Assembly (NCBI RefSeq): GCF_006345805.1
Contig: NC_043005.1
Coordinates: forward strand, 52,824,001-52,888,000
From: Octopus sinensis
Taxonomy: Eukaryota
Length of the DNA: 64,000 bases
Direction: 5' to 3'
Position numbers and translations under genes: made by a program. Positions 36,776-49,319 of this stretch are shown here, one piece after another; positions within the stretch are counted from its first letter, which is position 1; every line of letters begins with the position of its first letter. The notes beneath the pieces were generated by a model. That model did no database searches, was not told the origin of the DNA, and worked only from the letters and a program-made list of their open reading frames with translations.

Positions 36776-38349
36776 GGTTAGCCCAAGACACTAGAAGACA
36801 TCTGCCCACAGTGCTACCTAGTGGGAACAAACCTGAAAATACTTGGTTTGCAAATTGAACTTCTTAACCACACAGTATTATGAATACATCATCACATGGA
36901 ATGTCATTGTAATATGGGGGCTAAACCCTTCAACTAGACGCATGGCTTAATAAGAAAGAACCACGTAAAAAATCATTAATAATATGAATGATTAAGTATC
37001 AAACCTTTTGTCTTGGCACATTATGAATACATCAATCAACATATGAAACCCCATTAGTAACGTAAATGGGAAAGGGTTAAAGCTTAGACAAGGCACATCA
37101 CTCTATGAATACATTAGCATATTTCTCATCAGTTCTAATACGAATGTTAAAGAGTTAATAAAACATTAAGTCATAAAACTTTCAATATATTAAAGATGCC
37201 AAATGTTTTTCATGACTCATTTCCCCACCATTCTAGCGGAGAATGTCTTTCACCGAAATGCGCTTCTAGAGTTATTAAGTCTGTATTTTAATAAGCACCA
37301 TCCATAATCACATTTCAGTGAAATGCCCTGGTGGATGTGAAGTGGTTGTTGATTGTTACTGCTGCTTTGGAGCCATTTCAGTGTGGATTTTCTCACTTAG
37401 TTACCTTCTGTGTTTTGTGAATAATTTCTTTTTTATGATTTTAATGGGGACAAGTACATATGTGTAATACAATTCTGATAACTGTTGTTGACTGCATTCA
37501 TGTCTCGAGAGACATTGTTAAACCAGAATGCATTATGTATGTGCATGTATGTATGTTTGTGACGCACACATAAGCATGTATATACATGAGTGTGTGTATA
37601 TATATATACACACATATAGATAGATATATATATACATAGATATATATATAGAGTGTGTGCATAGACATACACTTGAGAGGAGGAATAGAATTCTATGTAG
37701 AAGCAAATTTCTTGACACGTGTGTGTGTGTGTGCATGCATATATATGCACACACAAACATCATACACATGTATACACACAGGTATTTGTGTATAATGATT
37801 TCATGTAGTATTGGTTGTCATTTAGTGAAGTCGGGTTTTTACTCCTCATTCAAAATGTATTGTGTGTAATTTTCATTAATATCAGTTTATTAAGGTAGCT
37901 TTTTAGTTACATCTTTATCCCCCCTCCACCTACCCACCCAACACACAAATTTTAGAGGTTAGTATTAACCATAACTCCTATTCTTCATCAGAAGAAGAAA
38001 GGTGGTGCCTCTTGATCCTTTTCAAGGTTTCCATTGCTGCTGACCCTGAAAATGGAAGTTGTTAGACCTGGCCTGAAAGCTTGCAGTTGTGTGGACTCTG
38101 TGAAAGGCATTGAAAAACCTTTTAGTGTTTGTGTGAAACCAGATGGCAGAATGCCGTTACAGTGTGTAAAGACTCAAATAATGGAAATTGTAGTTTGGTA
38201 CATAAATCTTAACAACATTTAGTTTTAACCCTATTAATACCAACCTTACCTTAGACTGTTCCTGGTTCTATAATATAAACTTCTTGTTTAAAGTAATTTG
38301 AATTGAAACTTGCATGAAAATTTTTTATCAATCTTAACAATGACAGTTC

Positions 38350-38835
38350 ATCATCATCAACAGCATGGGTTGAATGGACCAGCTGAAGGGCTGTTCAGGC
38401 AGTTTTGGCATGGTTTCTATGGCTGGGTGCCCTTCCTAATGCTCACCACTTAATAGAATATACTGGGTGCTTTTTACGTGGTACCAGCACCTGTTAGCCC
38501 ACAAGATTAGGGATACTCAACCGAAGAGGGTTGCAAAGGATGAACCTGTATGCAAGGGAAGGTATGCTTATACTTAGCTTGATGTCTTTTCAAGCACATC
38601 AAACTGCCTAGAGTCTGTCTCCTGTGAGTCCCATCGTTTGTAGATCCTTTCTCACCACTTTGAACCAATTTTCCTTGGTCTACCCCTTCCACGTGTTCCC
38701 TCTACAGTTAGAGATCTACACCTCTTGATGCAACCGTCTTCTTCATTCATACTCATTACATGGCCATACGAGATTAGTCTTCTCTCTTGTACACTACCTT
38801 TGATGCTACATTTACCCAGTTTTTCTCTCAAATCA
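38350..38835 (-). mobile_element. RTE-clade LINE 3' end (ORF C-terminus followed by family C sequence)
   Basis: Reverse complement from 38831 translates LREKLGKCSIKGSVQERRLISYGHVMSMNEEDGCIKRCRSLTVEGTRGRGRPRK/WFKVVRKDL, a typical RTE C-terminus. Confidence 0.8.
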
Positions 38836-38969
38836 CACTTATTCTTTCAAAATCATTTGAAACAAAGGCAGTGTATTTCATCAGAAATATAACATCAGAA
38901 AAAATTGCTAGTTTTTATTTGGAGCCTGTTCTTTTATCTATTGTTTCAAATCCTGATAGTTGAATTTGC

Positions 38970-39270
38970 CTTTGATTCCCTGTATTTTGGTAGTGGTTGA
39001 ATGTTTCAGTGAAATCTACCCTTTTCCCTGTACTAGAAGCGATTTTATTGACTACTTCTCCAGTGCAAATTGTCTCCTTGTGCTCATATAAATTCTGTTT
39101 CACATTTTGGCACAATGCCAGCAATTTTGTGAGTGGGAGTAAATCAATTACATCGACCCCCAGTGCTCTACTGGTACTTCTGTCAACCCTGAAAGAATGA
39201 AAAGCAGTCAACCTTGGTGGAATTTGAACTCAGAATGTAAAGATGGATGAAATGCCCCCAAGTATTTTAC
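38970..39270 (-). mobile_element. SINE family B (diverged)
   Basis: Reverse complement of the TTCTGAGTTCAAATTCCACCAAGGTTGAC motif and tail. Confidence 0.65.
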
Positions 39271-39849
39271 TCAGACTGTTGTGGGCAACATGCTGCCTCG
39301 AAGACTTTCTGAATGGTACACCTAACAAAAAAAATAACCTTGATTTTCTTAGATGTGTGGCCTGCCTGAGATGATAAGTTAGGTCTCATTACACTCTGTA
39401 AAGTAGTTGGCATTAGGAAAGACACCCAGTTGTAGAAATCATGCCAAAACAGACAGTGGAACCTGATGCAATTCCTAGTCTTGCGTGGTAAACTGTCCAA
39501 CTCATTCCAGCATAAAAATCCACAAGTTAGCCTTAAGTATACCTATAATAAAAGTCTTTCGACCTATGACCATCTTGCTCATTTAAGGGTTATTTAGCAT
39601 TATATTCTCTGAGTTTTTCAGTTTTTATTATGAGGGGAGTAGGATTTGAGGGAGATTTATATGCGGCATCTTGCAAATTGGGGAGTCAAATGTAAACATC
39701 CTACTAGAATCAGATATCATGGATACAATTAGACAGGTGAAAATTGTATCCCCTCTACCTCTTGTTATGATACCAGTCTTTTTACTATTAATTACTATCG
39801 GAGCAATGTGAAAGTTCAATGTCATACATTGAACATGAAACTGTAGTTC

Positions 39850-40570
39850 ACTGGTTCTCAACTGGGGTCCACACGACCCCTGGGGATGTACATGGCCCCA
39901 GATGGGTGGGTGGCAGTGCATAAGGTTTTACTGTTAAAATTTATCTGCAATAAATTGGTAATATTTTTACAATACACAAAATATTTTAACAATTTTTATT
40001 ATACAATTTCAATTTTCAATTATACAATTTCAATTTTTATTATACAATTTCTAAAAATATTTAATTATAAGTATATATTAATAACAACAAGAAGGAGGTA
40101 CTTTTTCCACTCACCAAAGTGAATGGAGCTTTTGCCAGGACGAACTGATGTCATCAGATGGTATCCTATGTTCATTGGGTGTTTCGATCCTGAACTCTAA
40201 AACCCTCCCATTAGTGGGTCAGCAGAAATGGCCAAATCACTGCTTCTTATTTCCTCCTGGCTTCCATCCTAACTCCTCTCTTGCTCCAAAGCCAACAAGA
40301 AGCTCTTTCAGCTGTCTCTCCCCTCCTGCACACAGCCACCCATCGCTCTTTTCTTTTCATTCCAATGGCTGTAAGCATCCTCTATGACAAATGAACAGGT
40401 AACCCCTTACAACCAACCTTGACTGGGAAAAACCATAACTTCCATCCCTTCTCCCTGCAGTCCCACGGAGATGAGGATATTTAAACATCAAATGTTTATT
40501 AGGGTCCAGTGTAGAGTGAATTAGGAGTCAAAGGGCATCCATAGGCAAAAAAAGTGTTTGAAGACCACTG
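39850..40570. mobile_element. hAT-like MITE with a nested unrelated insert (~40088-40475)
   Basis: CACTGGTTCTCAACTGGGGTCC start and TTTGAAGACCACTG end. Confidence 0.5.
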
Positions 40571-41705
40571 CTCTAGTTGAACCCATGGAGTAAAAAAAGA
40601 AGAGAACCTGTTGTGAGTTCTAATCTTATGCTTTCTTCATTGACTTGAACTATTTTATTAAAAATATTGAAAATATATCCAATAAAACATTTTAGATGAT
40701 TAAAAGAAAAACAGTAGATTTAATAACATTTTTTTTTTATTTCAAATTTATATATCATTTTCTTTTCATTTTTTGTTGAGAATTTGTTTCTAAATCGAAA
40801 GGTTAATATATGTTACACTCTCTGTTTGTGTCTGACTTCACTTCTCCAACCTAATCTTAATTTTCATTCCTCCCTCTAGGCTAATGTTTATTGACATAAC
40901 CATTTCCATTATGTATGTTTTTAAAGTTGAGCTTGTTTGTTTGTTAATAGAAAATAATTCCTACAGAAAATGGCATATAAAAAGATACACACACACTACA
41001 CACATATGTAGCTTTAGAGGAATACAAATGAATACTCTTTTTTTTTACTTTTGCAAATGAACTTCAAAATTGTTGCCTTAAAGACCAGTTATCTCATAGA
41101 ACTTTTTTTTTTTAAACTGAGTTTTCAGTTTCTTTTGTTACTGTCTATGAAAGTTGCTGATCACAAATCACAAGAGTGTGTGTGCTCGCTTGCACTTATG
41201 TATTAATAGCCACTAACTTGCATTTTACAAGGTTTTGGCATACATTCATTCATTCATTTAGTCGTCTTATCTTTAGCTATAAAAGATCGTTTGCAAGGTT
41301 GTGTTTCTTTTTTTATTTCTCTTTTGTACCTTTAAATATATTTTCTGTGGTAAATGAAGATAGCTGTCATTATGACAGCTATCAAGGTGCATCAGCTTAA
41401 AAATGAAAGTTTTTTTCAGAATATTATAAAAGGGCCCCAGCCAAAAATGGTTGGCTACTTTTCTTCCGGGCACCTCTAACATCATCATATTTTTGCGCTT
41501 ATGCACGGCTGTGTGGTAAGATGTTAGTTTCCCAACCACCTGGTTCTGATTTCAGTCCCATTCCCTGACACTTTGGACTAGTGTCTTCTGCTATAGCCTC
41601 AGGCCTACCAAATCCTTGAGAGTGAATTTGGTTGACAGAAACTAAAAGAACCTTGTCCTGTGTGTATGTATACATACATACATACATGCATATATATATA
41701 TAAAA

Positions 41706-42277
41706 TTTTTTTCAGAATGAGATAAAAAAAACCAAGGCTGTGAAGATTTTAGAACATTTATAAATAGATCTTACAGCTGTTTCCAGGATATTCATTATAT
41801 CCCTTCATCGGAGACTGTGTGAGAAAATGGTTAAGCAATAGTTAATTTAGATAAGATACGAAACAGAGAGTGGAGAAATGAAAATAGATGTGAGAAATGC
41901 AGGGATATTGCATCTGTAGATCCATTATTTAGGCAGAATGGTATACATATAAGATTCCAATATCTTGTATTAAATACCAATAGTATTTAAAATTTTAAAT
42001 ACTATTGCATTTTACTCACAAGGTATTGGAATCTTATATGTATACCATTCTGCCTAAATAATGGATCTACAGATGCAATATCCCTGCATATCTCACATCT
42101 ATTTTCATTTCTCCACTTCACTCTCTATTTCGTATCTTATCTAAATTAACTATTGCTTATTTTCTTACACCGTCTTTGAAGGGATATAATAAATATCCTG
42201 GAAACAACTGTAAGACCTATTTATAAATGTTCTAAAATCTTCACAGCCTTGGTTTTTTTTATCTCATTCTGAAAAAA
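41706..42277. mobile_element. Long fold-back element with a degenerate hammerhead motif in each arm
   Basis: ~260-bp imperfect inverted arms around a perfect 30-bp central palindrome (41978-42007). Motifs at 41768-41815 (-) and 42172-42216 (+). Confidence 0.75.
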
Positions 42278-42427
42278 AAAATTAATATATACACATGCTG
42301 ATATATGACCTACATTGGACTCCTTATTTGCATAATCACCGAACCTGGAGCTTAACTATGGTCTATCCATAGCACTTACTCAGCATCCTGACACCTTTGG
42401 GTCTTACTGACACCATTACCTCTCATA

Positions 42428-42502
<75 letters not shown>

Positions 42503-42606
42503 ATATATATATAGATATATATATATATTTATATATATATATTACAGAGATGTACTTGCATAGCAAGTAAATGATTTTTTCTGAGATCGTGTGCTGAAAG
42601 TAGAAG

Positions 42607-42908
42607 AATTGCAATGTGGAAAGTGTTTATAAGCCATTTAAAAAACACAAAAACCGTTAGATTCACTTCAAAAATTTAATTTGTGTCAAAATATTTTCAT
42701 TGCTTTGGAACCGCAACCTGTTCACTGACAAAATTTTGTGTTGCAGTCATTCATTTAATCGTCTAGCACAAAATTTTGTCTGTGAACAGGTTGCGGTTCC
42801 AAAGCGTCGAAAATATTTTGACACAAATTAAATTTAAATGTTGAAGTGAATCTAACGGTTTTTGTGTTTTTTTTTCAATGGCTTACAAACACCTTTCATG
42901 CTGCAATT
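42607..42908. mobile_element. Fold-back element with a hammerhead-like fold but non-canonical core
   Basis: ~140-bp inverted arms. The left arm (minus strand) reads TGTCA-GTGAACAG-GTTGC ggttccaaa GCAAT-GAAA-ATAT-TT-TGACA; the right-arm copy is more diverged. Confidence 0.7.
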
Positions 42909-43484
42909 GTATGTATATGTATATATATATATATGTATATGTATATGTATATATGTATATGTGTATATGTATATATGTATATGTATATGTGTATATGTAT
43001 ATGTGTATATGTATATGTATATATATATATGTATATATATGTATATGTATATATATGTATATGTATATTGTATTGTATGTATGTAATGTATATATATGTA
43101 TATGTATATATATGTATATGTATATATATTATATATATGTATATGTTATATATATATATGTATATATATATATGTATATATAATGTGTATATATATGTAT
43201 ATATATATATGTATATATATATATGTATATATATATATGTATATATATATGTATATATATGTGTATATATATATGTATATATATATGTGTATATATATGT
43301 GTATATATATATATGTATATATATATGTATATATATATATGTATATATATGTATATATATATATGTATATATGTATATATATATATGTATATATTGTATA
43401 TATATATGTATATGTATATGTATATATGTATATGTATATGTATATATATATATATATGTATATATATGTATATGTATATATATG

Positions 43485-43515
<31 letters not shown>

Positions 43516-43793
43516 GTATATATATATATGTATATATATATATGTATATATATATGTATATATATATATATGTAATATATATATATGTATATATATATAT
43601 GTATATATATATATGTATATATATATATGTATATATATATATGTATATGTATATATGTATATATATATATGTATATATATATAATGTATATATATATATA
43701 GTTATATATATATATGTATATGATATATGTATATATATATGTATATGATATATATGTATATATATATGTATATATATATGTTGTATATATATG

Positions 43794-43840
<47 letters not shown>

Positions 43841-44283
43841 GTATATATATATATATGTATATATATATGTATATATATATGTATATATATATATGTATAT
43901 ATATATGTGTATATATATGGTATATATATGTATATATATATGTATATATGTATATGTATATATGTATATGTGTATATGTATATATGTATATGTATATATG
44001 TATATGTATATATGTATATGTGTATATGTATATATGTATATGTATATATGTATATATATATGTATATATGTATATGTATATATGTATATGTATATGTGTA
44101 TATGTATATATGTATATGTGTATATGTATATGTATATATGTATATGTATATATGTATATGTATATATATATATGTATATATGTATATGTATATATATATA
44201 TGTATATATGTATATGTATATATGTATATGTATATATGTATATGTATATATGTATATGTATATATGTATATGTATATATATGT
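42909..44283. repeat. ~1.4-kb compound (TA)n/(TATG)n/(TATATG)n microsatellite
   Basis: Directly visible. It explains the long Y/I/M/C ORFs in the track. Confidence 0.95.
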
Positions 44284-47180
44284 ATGATTGATTGATGATT
44301 GATTGATTGATTCCAGTTCCACCTATGAGCTGTGGCCATGCTGGGGCACGCCATTTGGTGTTGCTACTTGGTTTACTTCATGGAGGCTTTCTAGCAACTG
44401 CTATTTGGTGCATGAGAGAGTTCGTGCAGCTGCCCTCATCTGCCCCTCCTGCGTGAAGTTGGTTCATCTGGGACACCTGACAGGAAGAGATCCAGCTCAT
44501 TTTAAAGACATCTGTATCCACCCCATGCAGGTCTCTCAGGTTCTTCGGGAGGATATTGAAGAGCTGTGGGCCTCGGAAGCCCAGGCTATCACAGAAATCT
44601 TGTCCTACATCTTGATGGCAGGTTTGGAGTCCTAGGCACCACGCAGTGGCGCCCATTCTGGCATTTGTGTAACTTCTCGATGCCAAAGTTCAGGACACTT
44701 CCCTCCAGGATCTTCCAGATGTATATTATGGCATATCTTTCCCGCCTACGCTCCAGGAGTATAATTTTAATCTCTTGAGTCTTTCCAGTAGCTTACATTC
44801 TGCATAGAGGCTATCTTCTTTGTGTAGCTTCGTTGGATCGCCTCAAGTTCTGTGATCAACTTGACACTGGATGGTGACCATAGCTGAGAGCAATAGTCAA
44901 AGTGGCTTAGGACAAGTGTCTTCCAGAGGACCATCATGGTTTCTTGTTCTCTTGTTCTAAAGGTTCTAAGAATCCAGCCAGCCAGCCGTCTACATTTCAC
45001 TGTCAGTTTAGCAACATGTACATGAAAGGTCGCGTCATCACTCATGTGAATACCCAGGTCACGCACTGATTGTGCCTCTGGGATTGCAATCCCTCCGGTC
45101 CAGTGTATTCATTGGTGGTATTGCATTCAATTTTGCATGCTGATAGTATAAAGCTTGAAACTTTCCAGCATTGAACTGCATGCTATTCTTTTCAGCCCAC
45201 TTGTATATTTCGTCCAGCTCACATTGCAGGTTTTTAGTGTCCTCAGGTTCTGTATTGCCTGTGAAACTTTTTGTATCATCTGCATAACTTGTGATCGTGG
45301 ATCTCTGCGTGGCTGAGGGCATGTCTGAGAGGGCCATTATGAACAGTAGTGGTCCCAAAACAGTGCCCTGTGGAACACCACTCATTATTTGCGTGTTAAT
45401 GGAAGTGGCCCCATTAGCTACTACCACCTGACTTCTATTCTTCAGAAAGTCGTGAAGCCATTCTCCTAGTTTTCCAACTATGCCAGATCACGCAGCCTGT
45501 GACATATCATTCCGTGATCGACTTTATCGAAGGCCTTTGCGAAGTCGAGATATATGACTTCCACATTTGAGTGGTTGAGCAGTTGTTTCAGCACCCAGTC
45601 ATAGTGCTGCAGGAGCTGAGTTAAGCAGCTTCTTCCTGGTCGGAAACCATGTTGGGTGTCAGGCAGCAAGTCATTTTCTTCAAGGAAGGTGATTAGTTTC
45701 CTTCTGACTATTCGCTCCATGACCTTGCTGATGTGTGAGGTCAGAGAGATAGGTCTGTAGTTCTTTGCCTCCGCTCTGCTACCTCCTTTATGAATAGGGC
45801 ATATTTTACCTTCCTTCAGTCCCCTTGGAAGTTTGCCAGCTGCAAGGAAGCTCTGAAAGAGGGACTGCAGTGGTCTTGCTAAGACTCTCTTACATACTTT
45901 TAGGAGGATTGCCGGGAATCCATCGGGGCCAGTAGCTGAGTCTATTTTCATTTCATCTATAGCCTTTATTACATCGTCTTCCTTTATCTCGATGTAACTT
46001 ATCGTCGCCGCCTCTGATTCTATATCTGCAGTGGTAAAGAAGTCAGTTGGATTGCTGATTTGGAAATGCCCAAGGGGTGGAGTGAAAACACTCTTGAATT
46101 GTTCATTCAGTATTTCACTTACCCTCATTGGTTTTCCTGTGAGTGTGCCATCCTTTTCAAGGAGTGGCCCTATCCTACAGTGCACTGTAGCCGTTTCTTT
46201 GGCATACCTGTAGAAAGCTCTGGGGTTAGTTTTTATGTTGTCTATAGCCCAGGCTTCTTTGTCTGCTCTTTTCCTTCTCATGGGAAGTTGCAGACAATTT
46301 TCATTTCCAACAGTTTTATTTTCAGGCGGGACTTTTCACTACTTTCAATTTGTTTGTTTAGGCGATTTGAAATTTTTGTACGCCGTCTCATTAGAATTTT
46401 CCTCTCTCTGTGGGATTTTGTTCTTGTGTACAGTGGCCTTTCTCTCTGGGACACATTTGTAGCATATGGCTTGTGTACAGTGTCCTTTCTCTCTGGGACA
46501 CATTTGTAGCATATATGGCTTGCATTACAGACATGATTGTTGAAGTATCATGTCGATGTCCGGCGAGGGAGAACATTCAGGCCAGTTTTTGTTTGAGGAT
46601 CTCTTTCTCAATTGTTTCCAGTTTGCCTTATTGAAGTTCAAGCTGGAAAGATTCTGAGGGTTTCCTTGTAGGCTGCATGTCCGTGCTCTCTTTTGGCCCG
46701 TACATTGTCAGCTCTACCATGTTGTGATCCGAGAGTATGTCGGTGTCACTTTCACATTATGGATGAGATCCATATTATTTGTTGAAGCATAGATCCAGTG
46801 TGTTACCTGCTCTGGTGGTTTGCATATTACTCCTTGCTCCTGGTACTGGGGTTGGTGAGGTTCAGGAGGGACCTCGCCTGTCCACGTTCACATCTTGTCA
46901 TTCCTGGAGAAGAAAGCCCCTCGGGCCATCTGACATTCGGTATATGAAGTCTCCCATGAGAAGTACACTTATGTGTTGTTCTAATGTGGTTAGAACTTCT
47001 TCTATTTAAAAAGGCAGTCCTCGAACTTGCATATACTTGGGCATCTGATGGCGATATGTAGCACACACAACTACATCAATTTGCCTTATGTGTACAATTA
47101 GTGTGTCACACACCGAGTTTGAGTATGACAAAGGACCTGGGGTGTGAGGTCCCCACGGATGTACATAGCAACTCCTCCGT
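44284..47180 (-). mobile_element. CR1-group LINE, 5'-truncated and frameshifted (APE endonuclease + reverse transcriptase)
   Basis: RT motifs GPDGFPAILLK, PIHKGG..NYRPISLTS, QHGFRPGRSCLTQLL, YLDFAKAFDKVDH, SGVPQGTVLGPLLF, YADDTK, RDLGI, HFDYCSQLWSP. APE-like MGDF, TLDLCF and SDHN at 46.7-47.0 kb. (ATCA)n tandem tail at 44284-44312. Confidence 0.92.
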
Positions 47181-47400
47181 ATATATATGTATGTATATGT
47201 ATATATATATATGTATATATGTATATTTATATATATATATATGTATGTATATATATGTGTATATATGTATGTGTATATATGTATGTGTATATATGTATAT
47301 GTATATATGTATATGTATGTGTATATGTATGTATATATGTATATATATATGTAAATATTTATATTATATATATAATATATATATATGCACACGTGTGTGT
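47180..47400. repeat. (TA)n/(TATG)n microsatellite
   Basis: Directly visible, at the LINE 5' junction. Confidence 0.9.
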
Positions 47401-48825
47401 CTTTGTGTTTATGTCATTGTAACTTAGCAGTTCAGCAAATGACGTGAAGTCTTGGCATTGATTCACTCAGAAGAATTCTTGAAGGCAGTGCTCTAGCATG
47501 GCCACAATCCAATAACTGAAACAATAAAAAAATCTCCTGTTCATTTATAGGAATGTCTATTTCCCATGCTAGCATGGGTTAGATGATGCATCGCTGTTCA
47601 AGTTGGTACTTAGCTGGACTTACTGATCTCTTGGATGGGCCAGAAGACAATGTTTCTTCACATGGATGTAATATTTTTAGCATGGGTTCAACAACTGGTA
47701 GCTCTTTCCTTATGATACCAACTCCATTGTAGAGTGTAACCAGTGCATTTTATCTGAGTGCCAGCACTAAAGATGTCATGCCCTCAGCAAAACTAGAGTC
47801 TGCTTGACCCTATGTCATCTCGGCTCAACTTGCCAACCACTTTACATAATGTACTGCATGCATTTTATCATGGTACCAGCATTAGTAAGGTTACTTTGTA
47901 ACTCATATGACAGAAGAACCCCACCAGTGTGTGGTGCTAAGTGATTATACACACAAATACACATAATCATACTCATGCATATATACACACTGATAACTAT
48001 TAGTGCAATTGATGGCATTATTTTAGTGCCTCTTTTTTGTCATATGTCTTCATCTAAAACCATAATTATCTCTCAGTGAATTGTCTGAAATATTTACAAT
48101 AGTAAAAAAAAAACAACACATTTTTTTTAAAATACAGCTATTATTTATGGCTGTTTGGAATTTAAAAATAAAAGGAGTGAAAGCTAAAACATGAAATGAA
48201 CTCTTCTAGTAGGCTTGGAATATTTCTTTTATTTATATATTTATCTACTGCTTTTGCGCTATCTTTTGGCAGCAAAAATGGCCCCTTTTCATTTTCTTTG
48301 TTTTACAGTTATAAACATTCTTATTGGAATTAGTAATAATGGAACGACAAGAACTGCAAAAATAAAATAACTATTACAAAAGACCCTCCCGAAAGAAAAA
48401 AAAAAACTGAAAATGCAAAATAGGTGGAGAAACAATCGATCGATTCATGTGTCGTTTTAAAATTTAAGAGGAGAAACAGATGGCAGCGGAGGCGATGGCG
48501 GCAATAGTAGGGGAAGGGGGATGAAGCAGGATGATAAAATGTTTAGAGTTCCAATATTGATGCCTGAAATTGTAACCTGACCAGTGCTAAGTTATCTAGC
48601 TTACTGTATTTGAAATGCCCTAATTTATGTGTGTGTGTATTGGATAGGTAGATATGAATAATGTTGTTAGTGTGCTAAATTTAATATTGTTTTGCTGTTT
48701 CTAATTTTCTGTGTTTCAACTGTCACTAAAGATATTGTTCTCACTATTTTTTTGTTCATATATGTTATATGTTCTATATAATGTGTATATACACACCTGC
48801 ATACACAGACACACGTGTGTGTATG

Positions 48826-48856
<31 letters not shown>

Positions 48857-49319
48857 GAATGTGTGTGTATGTATGTATATATATATGAATGTGTGTGTGT
48901 ATGTATATATATATGAATGTGTGTGTGTATATATATATGTATATGAATGTGTGTGTGTGTATATATGTATGTATGTGTTTATATTTGTTTTTCCTGTTAG
49001 GTGAGGAAGAAGAAATAGAGATGTGTACTCTTTGGTAGCACATATGCTGAAATTGTTTTTTTCTTTTTACAAATTACTTTTTTGGGTTTTATGCAAAAAG
49101 AAATATTTTTCTGAAATATCTTTTCTTTTAAAAAAATCCAAAAATATTTGCTGGTTTTATTTATGTTTTTGTATTTTGCACCATCTTATTCTTTGTGCCT
49201 TAAATTTATTGAATTTGAAGTATTTAGACATATACAGATAAAATGCATGCCTAACCCTTTGGCATTCGGAACACTCTGTCAACTGTGATGCTTATTTCAC
49301 ATTGTTTTGAATTTAGTGC

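Noticed and set aside
40150-40230. CTGCTGA...GATCGAAAC on the minus strand
   Set aside because: The core is altered, helix II pairs poorly and no cleavage triplet or helix I could be assigned.
42846-44354. Long ORFs of 100-300 aa rich in Y, I, M, C and H
   Set aside because: They are translations of the TA/TATG microsatellite, which lacks stop codons in these frames. The same applies to ORFs near 9513, 37433, 47006 and 48711.
49001-49035. Possible small exon GTGAGGAAGAAGAAATAGAGATGTGTACTCTTTTG
   Set aside because: The donor is weak, phase 2 gives an immediate TGA, and it sits directly after a microsatellite.
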